Shown: positions 1-9,785, counted from the first letter of the stretch. The stretch: DNA of 64,000 nucleotides from Myxococcota bacterium (GCA_039030515.1 JBCCEA010000006.1:32001-96000), one strand, 5' to 3'. Made by a program: numbers and translations. Notes: generated by a model not told the origin, from the letters alone.

Positions 1-216
1 ACCTGAGATCGATGGGCTGCCTTTGGACAACATGCTGCCTGATGAAGTGACTGCGGCTGCACCTTCTTCCCCCTTGGCATCGATGCTCACGTACTCCATG
101 TTGCTGCTGCCGTCTTGGAGCGACGTGAGGTGGGACTCGTAGTCTTCCTTGCGAACCAAGCCGCGACGGATGTTTCGGTGGACGATGCGCTTATCCATTA
201 GGAGATCTTTATTCAT
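1..216 (-). CDS. Small hypothetical protein, 5' part (runs off the window start)
   Basis: Hand-translated, not in the ORF track: MNKDLLMDKRIVHRNIRRGLVRKEDYESHLTSLQDGSSNMEY...; frame open to position 1. Confidence 0.65.
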   Translation of the reverse strand, partial: MNKDLLMDKRIVHRNIRRGLVRKEDYESHLTSLQDGSSNMEYVSIDAKGEEGAAAVTSSGSMLSKGSPSISG

Positions 217-386
217 AACTTCAACCGGCGACCTGCGTGTACCTCGCGAGCGCAAGTGTAAAGCCAGCCTTGTCCTTGTCAATTCATGTGGCTGAAGCCT
301 CCGCTTGTCTTTCGTGCCGCGAGTGAGCCTCATAAAACCACCGGGCGCACGCATGCTTCCGACGTTTTTGTTGTAAACTTACACCT

Positions 387-1304
387 ATGAGCGATCGGTC
401 TCGCTTCCTCGAAGGTCTTGAACCGCTAGACGTGGAAGAAACCTGGCCAATGTTGCTCGGCGGTCGTTACCGGATCGTGCGCCCGATGGGTCAAGGGGGA
501 TACGGTCGTGTGTTCGAAGCGGTAGACTTGCTGACCGAACAGACCGTGGCGATCAAACAGCTCCGGCCGCATGGGCTCTCTCCCGCGACGGATCGGGTGC
601 GCTTTCTGAACGAAGCCCGGACCCTTGAGGCTCTAGAAAACACCGTGATCGTCACGCTACACGATACGGCGAATCCAGATGACGAAGTTCCGTTTTTCGT
701 GATGGAATTCATCGAGGGGGAAACGCTGGCTGCTTATCTCCGGCGTCGTAGGTATCTTTCGGTTCGTGAGGTTTTTCTGATCGCTGCTCGCCTGCTCGAA
801 GGTCTTGCTGCGGTACACGAGGTGGGTGTCGTCCATCGAGACATCAAGCCTGGGAACGTTGTGCTCAAGATCTCCGACCTCGGCGAGATCAGCCTCAAGC
901 TTCTCGATTTCGGACTCAGCGGTCGTTTCGGTATCGATCCTCTGCCGCGAGTGACCAAGGTTGGACACGTGGTTGGGACTCCGGGTTACATGGCACCGGA
1001 GCAGCTCCTAGGGTGCACTCCCGACCCGCGTAGCGATCTGTTTTCACTCGGAATAACCATGTATCAGGCGCTCACTGCTCATCGACCGTTCGAGCCCAGA
1101 AAATCTGCAGATCTTGCCGAGTATGTTCGACGTGTTACCCGAACCTCTCCGGACCCGCCTTCGCGATTGCGTCCCGGTCTCGGGGAAGCCGTCGATGACG
1201 TGATCCTACGAGCCCTACGTAGGCAACCTGCAGAGCGCTACCAAGACGCAGCCCAGATGCGGGTTGCTTGTGACGGACTGCTCGCTCGGCTTCCGGTTTT
1301 TTAG
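387..1304 (+). CDS. Ser/Thr protein kinase (Hanks type, kinase domain only)
   Basis: GQGGYGRV, VAIK, HRDIKPGN, DFG, GTPGYMAPE, DLFSLG motifs. Confidence 0.93.
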   Translation: MSDRSRFLEGLEPLDVEETWPMLLGGRYRIVRPMGQGGYGRVFEAVDLLTEQTVAIKQLRPHGLSPATDRVRFLNEARTLEALENTVIVTLHDTANPDDEVPFFVMEFIEGETLAAYLRRRRYLSVREVFLIAARLLEGLAAVHEVGVVHRDIKPGNVVLKISDLGEISLKLLDFGLSGRFGIDPLPRVTKVGHVVGTPGYMAPEQLLGCTPDPRSDLFSLGITMYQALTAHRPFEPRKSADLAEYVRRVTRTSPDPPSRLRPGLGEAVDDVILRALRRQPAERYQDAAQMRVACDGLLARLPVF

Positions 1305-1415
1305 AATCCGTCCCTGAGTCGTCGATATCCGCCTGCAGCCACAAAAAAGGGTTGCTGAGGGTCTTCCGGATGGATGCTGGCCGGACTGAGGCTCCCTATA
1401 GTACACACTAAGCCT

Positions 1416-1895
1416 ATGGAGGATGCCGCTAGTAACTGGCTTGCGCACCGCAGTCGAGAAACGAAGATACGCCGCGACGCTCGGGGACACTGGTACAACG
1501 ACGGCGTTCGTATCGACCATCCTGGGTTGGTCCGCAGTTTCAATGCCTGGATAGATCTCGCTGAAGATGGACGTTATTGCATCAAGAACGACATCAACTG
1601 GGCCTATATCGAAGTAGAAGGCTTACCGGTATTTGTCCGGTCCGTACGATTTGAACCGCCATCCATACGCATTCTGTCTTCTACCTTGGGGGTCGAAGAG
1701 TCCGTATCGATCGATACGTTGATTCAAGATGAACACGGGGTGCTCTACTGCCGGGTAAAGGATGGTCGTCTGATCGCGCGCCTTGATTCCCATGCGATGC
1801 TTCAGCTCGAAGACCACCTCGATGAGGATGATCACGGCGTCTTTTTGCGGTCTGGCGAACACATCGTCAGGCCTAAGGTGTCCCAAGTACCCTGA
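1416..1895 (+). CDS. DUF1285-like hypothetical protein
   Basis: IRRDARGHWYNDGVRIDH and YIEVEGLPVFV resemble DUF1285; ATG 1416 preferred over 1374. Confidence 0.6.
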   Translation: MEDAASNWLAHRSRETKIRRDARGHWYNDGVRIDHPGLVRSFNAWIDLAEDGRYCIKNDINWAYIEVEGLPVFVRSVRFEPPSIRILSSTLGVEESVSIDTLIQDEHGVLYCRVKDGRLIARLDSHAMLQLEDHLDEDDHGVFLRSGEHIVRPKVSQVP

Positions 1896-1972
1896 CGCAA
1901 CCTCTTCTTGCTTCCCCGGGAGCTGGCCGTTGAAGGGTCCTAGCGTTTCCCGGAGGACCGCCTCTCGAGCTG

Positions 1973-2028
1973 AAGTGCCCAAGTGCCCAAGTGCACATTT
2001 GCCGACATGCCGACGTGTACATTTGCCC
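1973..2028. repeat. Short tandem repeats (AAGTGCCC x~3; ACATTTGCC x2)
   Basis: Read directly in the intergenic sequence. Confidence 0.8.
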
Positions 2029-2076
2029 TTCAACTATTCAGGCGCCGACCCGTTCGAGCGGTGCTAGATTGCCAAA

Positions 2077-2688
2077 ATGCCTCGGGCGGAGCACTGGGCG
2101 GCGGCAGTCGCTGTATTTATCGCGATTCCTTTGTTGTGGGTGTTTTCGGCAGCGCTTGCAGACGGCACTGTGCGGGAGCGGGAAGCACCTCTCCGAGGTC
2201 TTTTTGGTGATGCGTTCTTCGAGGCGATGGGCGCAGGTGAAAAAAGATCTCAGCACTATTTGGGCAACGAGTTCGCGGCACCGGATTTTGCTTTGCCAGA
2301 CCGAACGGGCGCTCTGTATCGCCTGTCGGATCGCCGCGGAAGGGTTGTGATTTTAAACTTCTGGACGGTTACCTGTCAGCCCTGCTTGCGAGAAATGCCC
2401 ACGCTCGAGTCCCTGGCCAAGATCGCGGCCGAAGATTGGGGAGATGTCGATGTCGTCGGGATAAGCACAGATCGCGGATGGGAAGACGTTTCTCTGGTGG
2501 TGCCCGAAGATTCAGCGATGACCCTGCTTTTCGACCCAGATCGAAAGGTGGTTGAAGATAAGTTCGGTACCGAGCTGTTTCCGGAAACATGGATTGTGGA
2601 TCGTCAAGGCGTGATACGCCTTCGCTACGACGGAGCCCTAGACTGGTCTAAGCCTTCGGTTCTCGACGTGATCGACGCGTTTCGGTAG
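2077..2688 (+). CDS. Membrane-anchored TlpA/ResA-family thiol-disulfide oxidoreductase
   Basis: N-terminal TM, APDFALPD, LNFWTVTCQPC (CxxC), FPET cis-Pro motif. Confidence 0.9.
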   Translation: MPRAEHWAAAVAVFIAIPLLWVFSAALADGTVREREAPLRGLFGDAFFEAMGAGEKRSQHYLGNEFAAPDFALPDRTGALYRLSDRRGRVVILNFWTVTCQPCLREMPTLESLAKIAAEDWGDVDVVGISTDRGWEDVSLVVPEDSAMTLLFDPDRKVVEDKFGTELFPETWIVDRQGVIRLRYDGALDWSKPSVLDVIDAFR

Positions 2689-2693
2689 TCCTC

Positions 2694-3371
2694 TTAGTCG
2701 CGCATCAATGGCTCAAACAGCCAGAGTCCCAAGGTCAGAAAAACAATAAAAAACGCGATCAGCACCTCGAAGTAGTCGAATGCCTCCAAAAATGGCGCGC
2801 CGCTGAGAATCGCCCGCGTACCGACGACCCCAGCGATAAGCGATGGAGACACGAGGGGAAAGAGTACCACCGAGAGCATCAGATCCCGGGCTTCGGTCCG
2901 GAGGCTCATCGCGCTAAAAAGCGTTCCCGCAGCCACAAAGCCGAGGGTCCCGAGCTGCAGCATAAGAAATACGGAAAGGCCCACGGCGAGGAGATCGAGC
3001 TGGAAAAAGAGCGCCACCAGAGGCAGTAGGAGTACCTCAACCAGGCTGAGGACGGCGAAGGTTGCCGTCGCTTTACCAAGGTAGATCGACGCCCGGGGGA
3101 TCGGAGCTGCCAATAGTCCGCGAATGACCTCTTGATCGCGTTCCCGATTCCAGCTGCGTCCCATCGCCAGGACTCCGGCAAAGGTAACCGCGATCCAAAG
3201 CACTCCCGGGGCGAGCTTCTCTGCGGCGGTGACGTCTACGTAAAAGGAAATGGACGCCATCACCACCACCAACACGGCGAACAAGGCGGTGCTGAGCAAG
3301 AGCTCTCGAGTGCGGAACTCAATACTCAGCTCTTTGCGCAGGATCAGCCAAGTGGCGGCAAAGAAACGCAT
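2694..3371 (-). CDS. ccmB: Heme exporter permease CcmB
   Basis: Multi-TM; ILRKELSIEFR, PGVLW, IYLGK, LSVVLFPL; directly downstream of the ABC ATPase. Confidence 0.88.
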   Translation of the reverse strand: MRFFAATWLILRKELSIEFRTRELLLSTALFAVLVVVMASISFYVDVTAAEKLAPGVLWIAVTFAGVLAMGRSWNRERDQEVIRGLLAAPIPRASIYLGKATATFAVLSLVEVLLLPLVALFFQLDLLAVGLSVFLMLQLGTLGFVAAGTLFSAMSLRTEARDLMLSVVLFPLVSPSLIAGVVGTRAILSGAPFLEAFDYFEVLIAFFIVFLTLGLWLFEPLMRD

Positions 3372-3380
3372 GTCTCCGTC

Positions 3381-4094
3381 CTATCTCGAGTCTGGTGTGC
3401 GCTGCAGAGGTTCTTTGTCCTGATCGATCATGTCATGCCGATCGATCACGCTTGCAGCAACCTGGCCTCTCTGAAGACAAATGCGCTGGTCTGCAATTCG
3501 ACCTGCGATTGCGTCATGATGGGTGATCAAAATGCAGATGGCCCCTCTGTTTCTTTCTTCGATGACGGCATCGATCAGCTGTTCGATGCTGCTTGAGTCG
3601 AGTCCGGTAGAAGGTTCATCGAGCAGTAGGACTCGAGGCGTGTGGAGTAGGGCTCGACAGAGGGCGATTCGCTGCGTTTGTCCGCGAGACCACGTGCGCA
3701 TCGGTCGGTCGACGTAGGCGCCTACCGCAAAACGTTCAAGGATCTGGTCGACGCGTATGGAATCGACCCCGTAAAGACCAGCGAAGAAAAGCAAATTCTC
3801 CCGACCGGTCAGGTCTGGATAGAGCATCGGAGCATGACTCAAGATTCCGATCTGCGCGCGTAGAGGAGCACCGATTTGTGCCGCGGTATAGGTTCCGTAG
3901 CGGATACGGCCGCTGGTCGGTTTGGAAAGCAGGGCGAGAAGTGCAAGCAGGGTGCTTTTGCCGGAACCGTTGGGGCCCTCGACAACGGTGACCTGGCCAG
4001 CTTCAAAGGTGGCATCGACGTGATGAAGCGCTCGGGTGGAGCCGTAGGTTTTGGCGAGGCCCTCGGTTCGCACCTGCCGGAAGTCCCATTGCAC
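3381..4094 (-). CDS. ccmA: Heme ABC exporter ATP-binding protein CcmA
   Basis: Walker A GPNGSGKST, signature WSRGQTQR, Walker B LLLDEP; adjacent to ccmB. Confidence 0.85.
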   Translation of the reverse strand: MQWDFRQVRTEGLAKTYGSTRALHHVDATFEAGQVTVVEGPNGSGKSTLLALLALLSKPTSGRIRYGTYTAAQIGAPLRAQIGILSHAPMLYPDLTGRENLLFFAGLYGVDSIRVDQILERFAVGAYVDRPMRTWSRGQTQRIALCRALLHTPRVLLLDEPSTGLDSSSIEQLIDAVIEERNRGAICILITHHDAIAGRIADQRICLQRGQVAASVIDRHDMIDQDKEPLQRTPDSR

Positions 4095-4160
4095 GATGCC
4101 ACACGATAGCAGCTAGAGGATCGATGACGAACGACGATGCAATCGACTTCGAACGCTGCA

Positions 4161-5555
4161 CTAGGGCGAGCGCAGCGGCTGCCGTGCCGTTCTGCGTTCG
4201 GCAGGCTCTGGTTCTCGGTCCGATTCGCGAACACGGATCAGTGTGCCCGGATCCGTGGAGCCAGGTCTCACCGAGAGCCACCCGTCTGGCAAATAAGGTC
4301 CGGTCCACTCAAAGATCCATCTGGCGTCCTTGGGCGCTAAATTGATGCACCCATGGCTCATGCGGTTGCCCCAAGAATTATGCCAATACGCGGCATGAAG
4401 GGCGATGGAGCCGTTGAAGAACTGCACCCAGGGAACCGCATCGGCCGAGTAGTCGCTGGCTGTGTTTTTGTTGCCGATGTTGTCCATCTTGGTGGTCGAG
4501 AACTTAGCCCAGACACGGAAGGTGCCGACGGGGGTTTCCCGATCGGGTCGCCTCCGTCCTGAGGAAATCGTCGTGGCGTAGACGGGGGTGGGTCCCTCGT
4601 ATGCGATGAGGGTCTGCGAATCGAGATCGACATCGATCCATTTTTCGTCAGGCTCTACTTCCTCTGGGGGCGGCACCACGGTGGGTCGTGCGAGGCTGCC
4701 TAGAGCGACCACACCTTCTTTTCCCTCAACTTCGACCCAGCCCGGCCAGTACGCATCACGTATAAGATGTCGACTGAGGTGCATGAGTCGGTCCGCAACG
4801 GGCTCGATCGGGCTCGGTCTTACGCTCGCACGCAGCTCCTTTACCCAGGCCAACTCGGTGATCCCGTAGGTGCCGTCTAGCTCGACCCCCTGGAAACGAC
4901 TGGGTTCGAACACCTCTAAATCCGTCTCCCGCACGAAGTTTCCATCTCTCGTGCGCAGGACGTCGTTTCCGGGTCGACCCTGAGTGGCGAGCATAAAGCC
5001 CTCGCGATAGTGGGCCGTGGGCGACGTTTGGTTCACATCACTCGACCGATTCCAGGCTGGAGCTCCTCCTTTACGCACCTTTCCATAGCGAAAGGGCACG
5101 AGTCCATGCACGCTCAAACGAGGCTGTGGATTCCCTTTTGGAGGCAGATCGCTAGGCCTCAGCTTCCGCCCGCAGATCCAGGCGTTGCTTCGTATCTCGA
5201 GGTAGTACCCACAATCGGACGCCTCGTCGGCCGCGACGGTCTGTCCGGATGCCGGAACTCGTGTTTCGCGCAGCAGACTTCCTCTCAGCTTGCTTTTGGA
5301 GTGCGGCTCGTGAAGGAGTACCGCCCCTTCGATCACCTCAAGGGACCGTGTGTTTGCGGGAAACCAGTCGGGTAGCGCGTCGTCCTCTGAGGAACGTACG
5401 TGGCGATCTTCTGCGGAAAGTAGCTGAGGCGCTGCGGCGGACGCAACGAACACGACAGCCGTCAACAGCAAGCCAGTCACGGTAAGGCTCCGCGGATCAA
5501 GCGCTCGATCGGGCATTCCTTTCCATAGGTACCGAATCCCTTGCGACTCATTCAA
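4161..5555 (-). CDS. L,D-transpeptidase (YkuD domain), exported
   Basis: WIDVDLDSQTLIAYEG, TPVGTF, ALHAAYWH...SHGCIN; start probably the later ATG (MPDRAL...). Confidence 0.88.
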   Translation of the reverse strand: MNESQGIRYLWKGMPDRALDPRSLTVTGLLLTAVVFVASAAAPQLLSAEDRHVRSSEDDALPDWFPANTRSLEVIEGAVLLHEPHSKSKLRGSLLRETRVPASGQTVAADEASDCGYYLEIRSNAWICGRKLRPSDLPPKGNPQPRLSVHGLVPFRYGKVRKGGAPAWNRSSDVNQTSPTAHYREGFMLATQGRPGNDVLRTRDGNFVRETDLEVFEPSRFQGVELDGTYGITELAWVKELRASVRPSPIEPVADRLMHLSRHLIRDAYWPGWVEVEGKEGVVALGSLARPTVVPPPEEVEPDEKWIDVDLDSQTLIAYEGPTPVYATTISSGRRRPDRETPVGTFRVWAKFSTTKMDNIGNKNTASDYSADAVPWVQFFNGSIALHAAYWHNSWGNRMSHGCINLAPKDARWIFEWTGPYLPDGWLSVRPGSTDPGTLIRVRESDREPEPAERRTARQPLRSP

Positions 5556-5584
5556 GAAAACGGCGCTCTCTCGCTCCCGTGGCT

Positions 5585-5618
5585 AAGTCATCGCCGTCAC
5601 CAAGTCATCGCCGTCACC
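5585..5618. repeat. 17-bp tandem duplication AAGTCATCGCCGTCACC x2
   Basis: Exact direct repeat. Confidence 0.9.
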
Positions 5619-5907
5619 GATCTGCAACCATTCAGTCCGGCCTTTGCATGAGGGAACAGCGACTCGGACGACGCTGATGACCTCTCCGACGCGAAGTCAA
5701 GTCGCCCCGCGCTCATTAGATGTGATGGATGCGATCGGAAGGTGCCTGTTTCCGCGCACAAAATGGCGTTTGCAGCGGCTACTAAAGTTGCCAGTTGGGG
5801 ACGTCGGTCCTCTTGAGAATGTCACCTGGGTGTTTTTTTTGTGGTTTTTACAAGACCCTCGCGCCTCACCTCGCTCTCAGACGATCGGAACGGGGTGTGC
5901 ATTGAGT

Positions 5908-7473
5908 GTGAGAGTGATCAAATACATCCATTTCCTCCCTCTGTGTACAGTCGCCTTTTTTTGGGGCTGTGCTGCGGAAACCAACTCCGATGCGGGGGTT
6001 TCCATGGACTCTCAAAGTGCGGTTGGAGTGGCTCCCCACGTGCTCGCGCTTTCGAGCTACGAAGCGAGTCTTGGTAGCGTTATCGAACTTTACGGCACCG
6101 ACTTTCCTGAGCGCACGCTCGGCACTTCGGGGGCTCGGTTCCTTGGCGTGTACGAGACCACCTTTGGGCAGCTCTACGAAGTTGATCTAGAGGTCAACAT
6201 GATCCGGGTCGACGGTGGAACGCTACGTTGGTCCTCCTTTGGTCCGTATCAGATTCCCTTTTCGCCCAATGGTGAGCTTGGCGTGTTCCGGGGTACGATT
6301 GGGGCGTATGCTCGGGACGCCCAAGGACGTTTTATCCACGATCAAAATCCGCTCGCGGTCGAATTTAGAGTGCTGCCCTCCATTTTGGTAAATGAGCTTC
6401 AGCCTACGGACGCCGACTGTGGACAGCCAGTTTCGCGGGCCATCGGCGGTTTGCCATACCGAATCTCGGTCCAGGCGATGGGTTTCGACCCAGTGACCTA
6501 CACGTACACGCTCAGCGCGCCCGGACTTGACGGTGTTCAACCGGTTCAGATTCGTCGGGTGGCGGCCGGACCGTACGACACGTTAGGCACGGACCGTACA
6601 TTTGGCTTTCCAGCGGTTCCGGACGGAATGAAGTCGTACGGCGCCGTACTGAATATCTCTGCTGAGGGCCGAACCGGAGAGAGCTACAGCAGTACCTTCG
6701 CTTTAAATGTCCATAACGCCGTAGAGATCTACTACGACGGAACCACCCTGGTCCAGCAGCGTTTCGCGCCGATACCCGTTTCGGGCTGTATCGAAGGCGG
6801 TCTTAATGGTCGCTTCGTGACTTACACTGAGTCGGAGACAGAAACTCGCCAGAGGACCTGGAGTGTTCACGTGGGCGAGAGCTGGAGCACGACCAATTCA
6901 GAGAGCCAATCGGTATCGACGTATTCTCAGGTGACCGATCACAACTCGATCACGGTTACCTACACCGAGGGCGATTCCCTTACGACCGAAGTCGGTGGCG
7001 ATATAAACCAAGAAATAACTTTAGCCGGAGCGATTAAAGCCGGGTTTACAGCAAATTACAGCAGGAGCGAAGAAGAATCAAGATCCACCAGCGACGCCTC
7101 CACCGAAGGCAGCTCCCAAACCGAAGGCGAAGCTACCACCGACACGAGCGGGACTGCAGATAGCAACGCTCAGTCTCAGGGCGAAGATTTCTCAGAAACT
7201 ATCAGTTCATCCGACACGATTTCTCGTTCCTTCGGAGGCGAAATCTTCGCTGAATCCGCGGGTGCTTTTTACCGTCAGACAACCCGGTTGCTTCGAAGGG
7301 GAGATCTGGTCATCTACAACCTCTGCGGCGTATCCACCAGCACGGGCGAAGTCGATTTTTACGATTGGACCTGGGCGCCCGACCTAGCGCCGGGACCCTC
7401 TTGCCAGACGTTCCCCCAGAGTTTGTTGCCTGCTGCAGACTGCTTCCTTGAACCATGCATGACGGGACCGTGA
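5908..7473 (+). CDS. Predicted lipoprotein with Ig-like N-terminus and long Ser/Thr-rich beta-hairpin (possible beta pore-former)
   Basis: ORF 5644..7473; signal plus lipobox-like IKYIHFLPLCTVAFFWGC suggests a GTG start at 5908 or 5914; S/T/E-rich alternating segment at 6814-7290; C-terminal cysteines. Confidence 0.7.
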   Translation: MRVIKYIHFLPLCTVAFFWGCAAETNSDAGVSMDSQSAVGVAPHVLALSSYEASLGSVIELYGTDFPERTLGTSGARFLGVYETTFGQLYEVDLEVNMIRVDGGTLRWSSFGPYQIPFSPNGELGVFRGTIGAYARDAQGRFIHDQNPLAVEFRVLPSILVNELQPTDADCGQPVSRAIGGLPYRISVQAMGFDPVTYTYTLSAPGLDGVQPVQIRRVAAGPYDTLGTDRTFGFPAVPDGMKSYGAVLNISAEGRTGESYSSTFALNVHNAVEIYYDGTTLVQQRFAPIPVSGCIEGGLNGRFVTYTESETETRQRTWSVHVGESWSTTNSESQSVSTYSQVTDHNSITVTYTEGDSLTTEVGGDINQEITLAGAIKAGFTANYSRSEEESRSTSDASTEGSSQTEGEATTDTSGTADSNAQSQGEDFSETISSSDTISRSFGGEIFAESAGAFYRQTTRLLRRGDLVIYNLCGVSTSTGEVDFYDWTWAPDLAPGPSCQTFPQSLLPAADCFLEPCMTGP

Positions 7474-7530
7474 GTGTTTAGGCCATACGTCTCATTCTAA
7501 TATGCATCGCGTTCTATCAGTGAGCTCCCT

Positions 7531-8703
7531 TTGATGTACCGGAACCAAAACCCAACTCAACCCGTCCAAACCCAACACGATTCGACCCAACACGATTCGA
7601 CCCAACACGATTCGACCCAACGCAGCCCTGTCGAGTCGAATCGTGGAGCGAAGGCGTACGCCGGGTACACCGAGCTCGGGGCATCGGAGGTAAGCGGGCG
7701 TTCGGGTGTGGCAGTAGGAGTGACAGAGGGGGTGCAGGAGGGTCAGAAGGGCCAGCGCCCCGGAAGCGGAGGAGCGAAGGCGTACGCCGGGTACACCGAG
7801 CTCGGAGCATCGGAGGTAAGCGGGCGTTCGGGCCCTGCTGCACCCCCTCTTCTGATTGCGGTCCTGATGGGTTCCTTATCCACCGCCTGCCAGCCACTAT
7901 CCGTAAATACCGACGCGGGACCTATCTTTGACACCGGCTCGGATGAGCCTCCTGCCGCCCCTGTGCTTCTCGAAGCGTACAACCCAGTCCCCTGGCCGAT
8001 CGCCACGGTTCGGGGTACCGCGGTTGATGCACGTCGCGTACTCGTTCGAGGCCCCGGTAAACCCGTATCTGTGTCGACTCAATCGGATGGCAGCTTTTGT
8101 TTTGACGCTAATTTGCAAAGTCAGGGTTTGTTTGAATTTGAATTGTTAGCCCAAAACTCACGCGGTCTTGTTTCCGAGAATGCGCTGTACGTCACTGTCG
8201 AGCATACTGACAACGCGCCGTTCATTCAGAACGCAACTACCTGTAGCGGCGGTAGTCCAACAGGCTGCAGTGGAACCGTCGAGATTTGCGGCAACGGCCG
8301 TGACGACGATTGCGATGGGGCGACGGACGATGCCGACTCGGAGTGCCAAAGCTGTGATGATGATGTCCTCGAGGAGAACGACAACATAACTGCCCCGATA
8401 ATCGAGACGCCCGCTGCGTTCAACAGCCTCAACCTCTGTGACGACGACTACTACGGTATTTTGGCAAATGCAGGAGATACGATCGTCGCTACGGTTAGTT
8501 ACTCAGGCTCTGGAAACATAGATATCCAACTCATCGATGTGAATACGTCTACCGTGCTTGTCACCGCCGCAACAAACGGTAGTGAGCAGATAAGCTTTAC
8601 GGTAGAAGCAGGCGGCCGACACGCCTTACGTGTGTATTCCCCCCAAAATGATCAAATCTTTTACACATTGACGCTCTCAGTATCGCCTGCTGCCGACTCG
8701 TAA
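7531..8703 (+). CDS. Predicted lipoprotein: Ig-like domain, Cys/Asp metal-binding repeat and PPC-like C-terminal domain
   Basis: LLIAVLMGSLSTAC lipobox; ATVRGTAVDA...FELLAQNSRG; EICGNGRDDDCDGATDD; DDDYY...GNIDIQLID...YTLTLSV. True start uncertain because the 5' part is repeat-derived. Confidence 0.75.
   Translation: MMYRNQNPTQPVQTQHDSTQHDSTQHDSTQRSPVESNRGAKAYAGYTELGASEVSGRSGVAVGVTEGVQEGQKGQRPGSGGAKAYAGYTELGASEVSGRSGPAAPPLLIAVLMGSLSTACQPLSVNTDAGPIFDTGSDEPPAAPVLLEAYNPVPWPIATVRGTAVDARRVLVRGPGKPVSVSTQSDGSFCFDANLQSQGLFEFELLAQNSRGLVSENALYVTVEHTDNAPFIQNATTCSGGSPTGCSGTVEICGNGRDDDCDGATDDADSECQSCDDDVLEENDNITAPIIETPAAFNSLNLCDDDYYGILANAGDTIVATVSYSGSGNIDIQLIDVNTSTVLVTAATNGSEQISFTVEAGGRHALRVYSPQNDQIFYTLTLSVSPAADS
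7571..7645. repeat. 15-bp tandem repeat (ACCCAACACGATTCG x3) followed by an inverted copy
   Basis: Direct repeats, then GTCGAGTCGAATCGTG at 7630-7645 complementary to the unit. Confidence 0.85.
7725..7850. mobile_element. 126-bp MITE/REP-like hairpin element; a second copy of its 62-bp core lies at 7645-7706
   Basis: Terminal inverted repeats AGAGGGGGTGCAGGAGGGTC / GGCCCTGCTGCACCCCCTCT (18/20); inner hairpin GGCGTAC-GCCGG-GTACACC; 7771-7832 matches 7645-7706 with one mismatch. Confidence 0.7.
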
Positions 8704-8707
8704 AATC

Positions 8708-8732
8708 TTCTGTACTTACCGTGCAGAAAAAA
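8708..8732. terminator. Small stem-loop after the lipoprotein gene
   Basis: TTCTGTAC-TTACC-GTGCAGAA followed by an A run. Confidence 0.4.
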
Positions 8733-8894
8733 CTCGTTATTGCGTTTTCTCAAGTGCCGTTATGCATTCCATTCGATACATATTTAGGCGAAAGCCGTGC
8801 TCAGCGTTCCTGCCCATTGGTAGTGGAATTGGCCCTTGCAATAAAGGCCTTCTGCCGTAGTTGGAGTCCCCATGAATGAAGGTATATCGAGCCG

Positions 8895-9557
8895 ATGTCC
8901 ATGAATAGATCACTGATCCAGTTTGCATTCATGGGCGCTGTAAGCTTTTCGCTTGTCGAGCCGGCTCAAGCCCAAACGGCGCAGGATGTTGCAAGAGCGA
9001 GAGCACGACTCTCTCATGAACCCACGGTGAGTGAGGCTACCAACGAAGCCCTGCGCTACTTTCGCGTTCATCCGGGCGCACTCGATTCGATGCGTCGTCG
9101 AGCTCGCGCAAGAGGATCGGTTCCAATTCTCTCCGTAGGTTATCGTTTCGACGACCACGACTACGAGCGGTTTGAGGTTCAGGAGATTACCGACCCAAGA
9201 CGCAATGAAGAAAGTACAGGATCTCACACTCGTTCCTTCAGCGCGGGCGGGATCTGGGACTTCCGCGAGTTCATGTTCCACCCGTCTGAGGTTCAGGTCT
9301 ACGGCGTCGTCGGTATCCAACGTGACGTGATGCTCGAGGTGACGCGTACCTATTTCCTCCGTCGTCAGCTGCAGCTTCGCCTCTTACTTCGACCACCCGA
9401 AGACCCCCTCGCGCGTGCTGCGCTCGAGCTCCGGGTTGACGAGTTTTCAGCGGTTCTCGATGTGGTGACCGGCGGATGGTTTTCTTCCGAAAGTGAAAGA
9501 AGACGCTGGGGCACTGGCGAGGAGCCACGAGAGGCTACTGGCCAGGGCACTGAATGA
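8895..9557 (+). CDS. Secreted protein with a single outer-membrane-efflux (TolC)-like repeat
   Basis: Signal peptide ending AQA; EPTVSEATNEAL...VPILSVGY...SFSAGGIWDF...RDVMLEVTRTYF...LDVVTGGWFS. Confidence 0.65.
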   Translation: MSMNRSLIQFAFMGAVSFSLVEPAQAQTAQDVARARARLSHEPTVSEATNEALRYFRVHPGALDSMRRRARARGSVPILSVGYRFDDHDYERFEVQEITDPRRNEESTGSHTRSFSAGGIWDFREFMFHPSEVQVYGVVGIQRDVMLEVTRTYFLRRQLQLRLLLRPPEDPLARAALELRVDEFSAVLDVVTGGWFSSESERRRWGTGEEPREATGQGTE

Positions 9558-9785
9558 GGTTCGACCTCTAAACAATGTGTGATGCACTCCGGATTTTCGT
9601 TCCTAGCCCGCTATTCACTAAGATGTTGCTGAAACATATTCTTATCGCTTCACGCTAGGGGAGTGAACACTGTTGTTCGACAGTTAGAGCGACCCGAACG
9701 CATTACCCATTCCGGGCGTTTGCATGAGCCTCAGTCTCCGCGAGCGAGTTGGTAAAGCGTACGAGTAGAGCGCTCTAGGTCATCC

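Noticed and set aside
2077..4094. Novel system from ccmAB lacking ccmC/E/F
   Set aside because: Split ccm loci are unremarkable and the other genes may lie outside the window.
5644..5907. First 88 codons of the 609-aa ORF
   Set aside because: They precede the signal peptide and look like promoter DNA.
9558..9785. Possible ncRNA or riboswitch in the intergenic gap
   Set aside because: Only a small GAGGT-TCG-ACCTC hairpin; no recognisable family motif.
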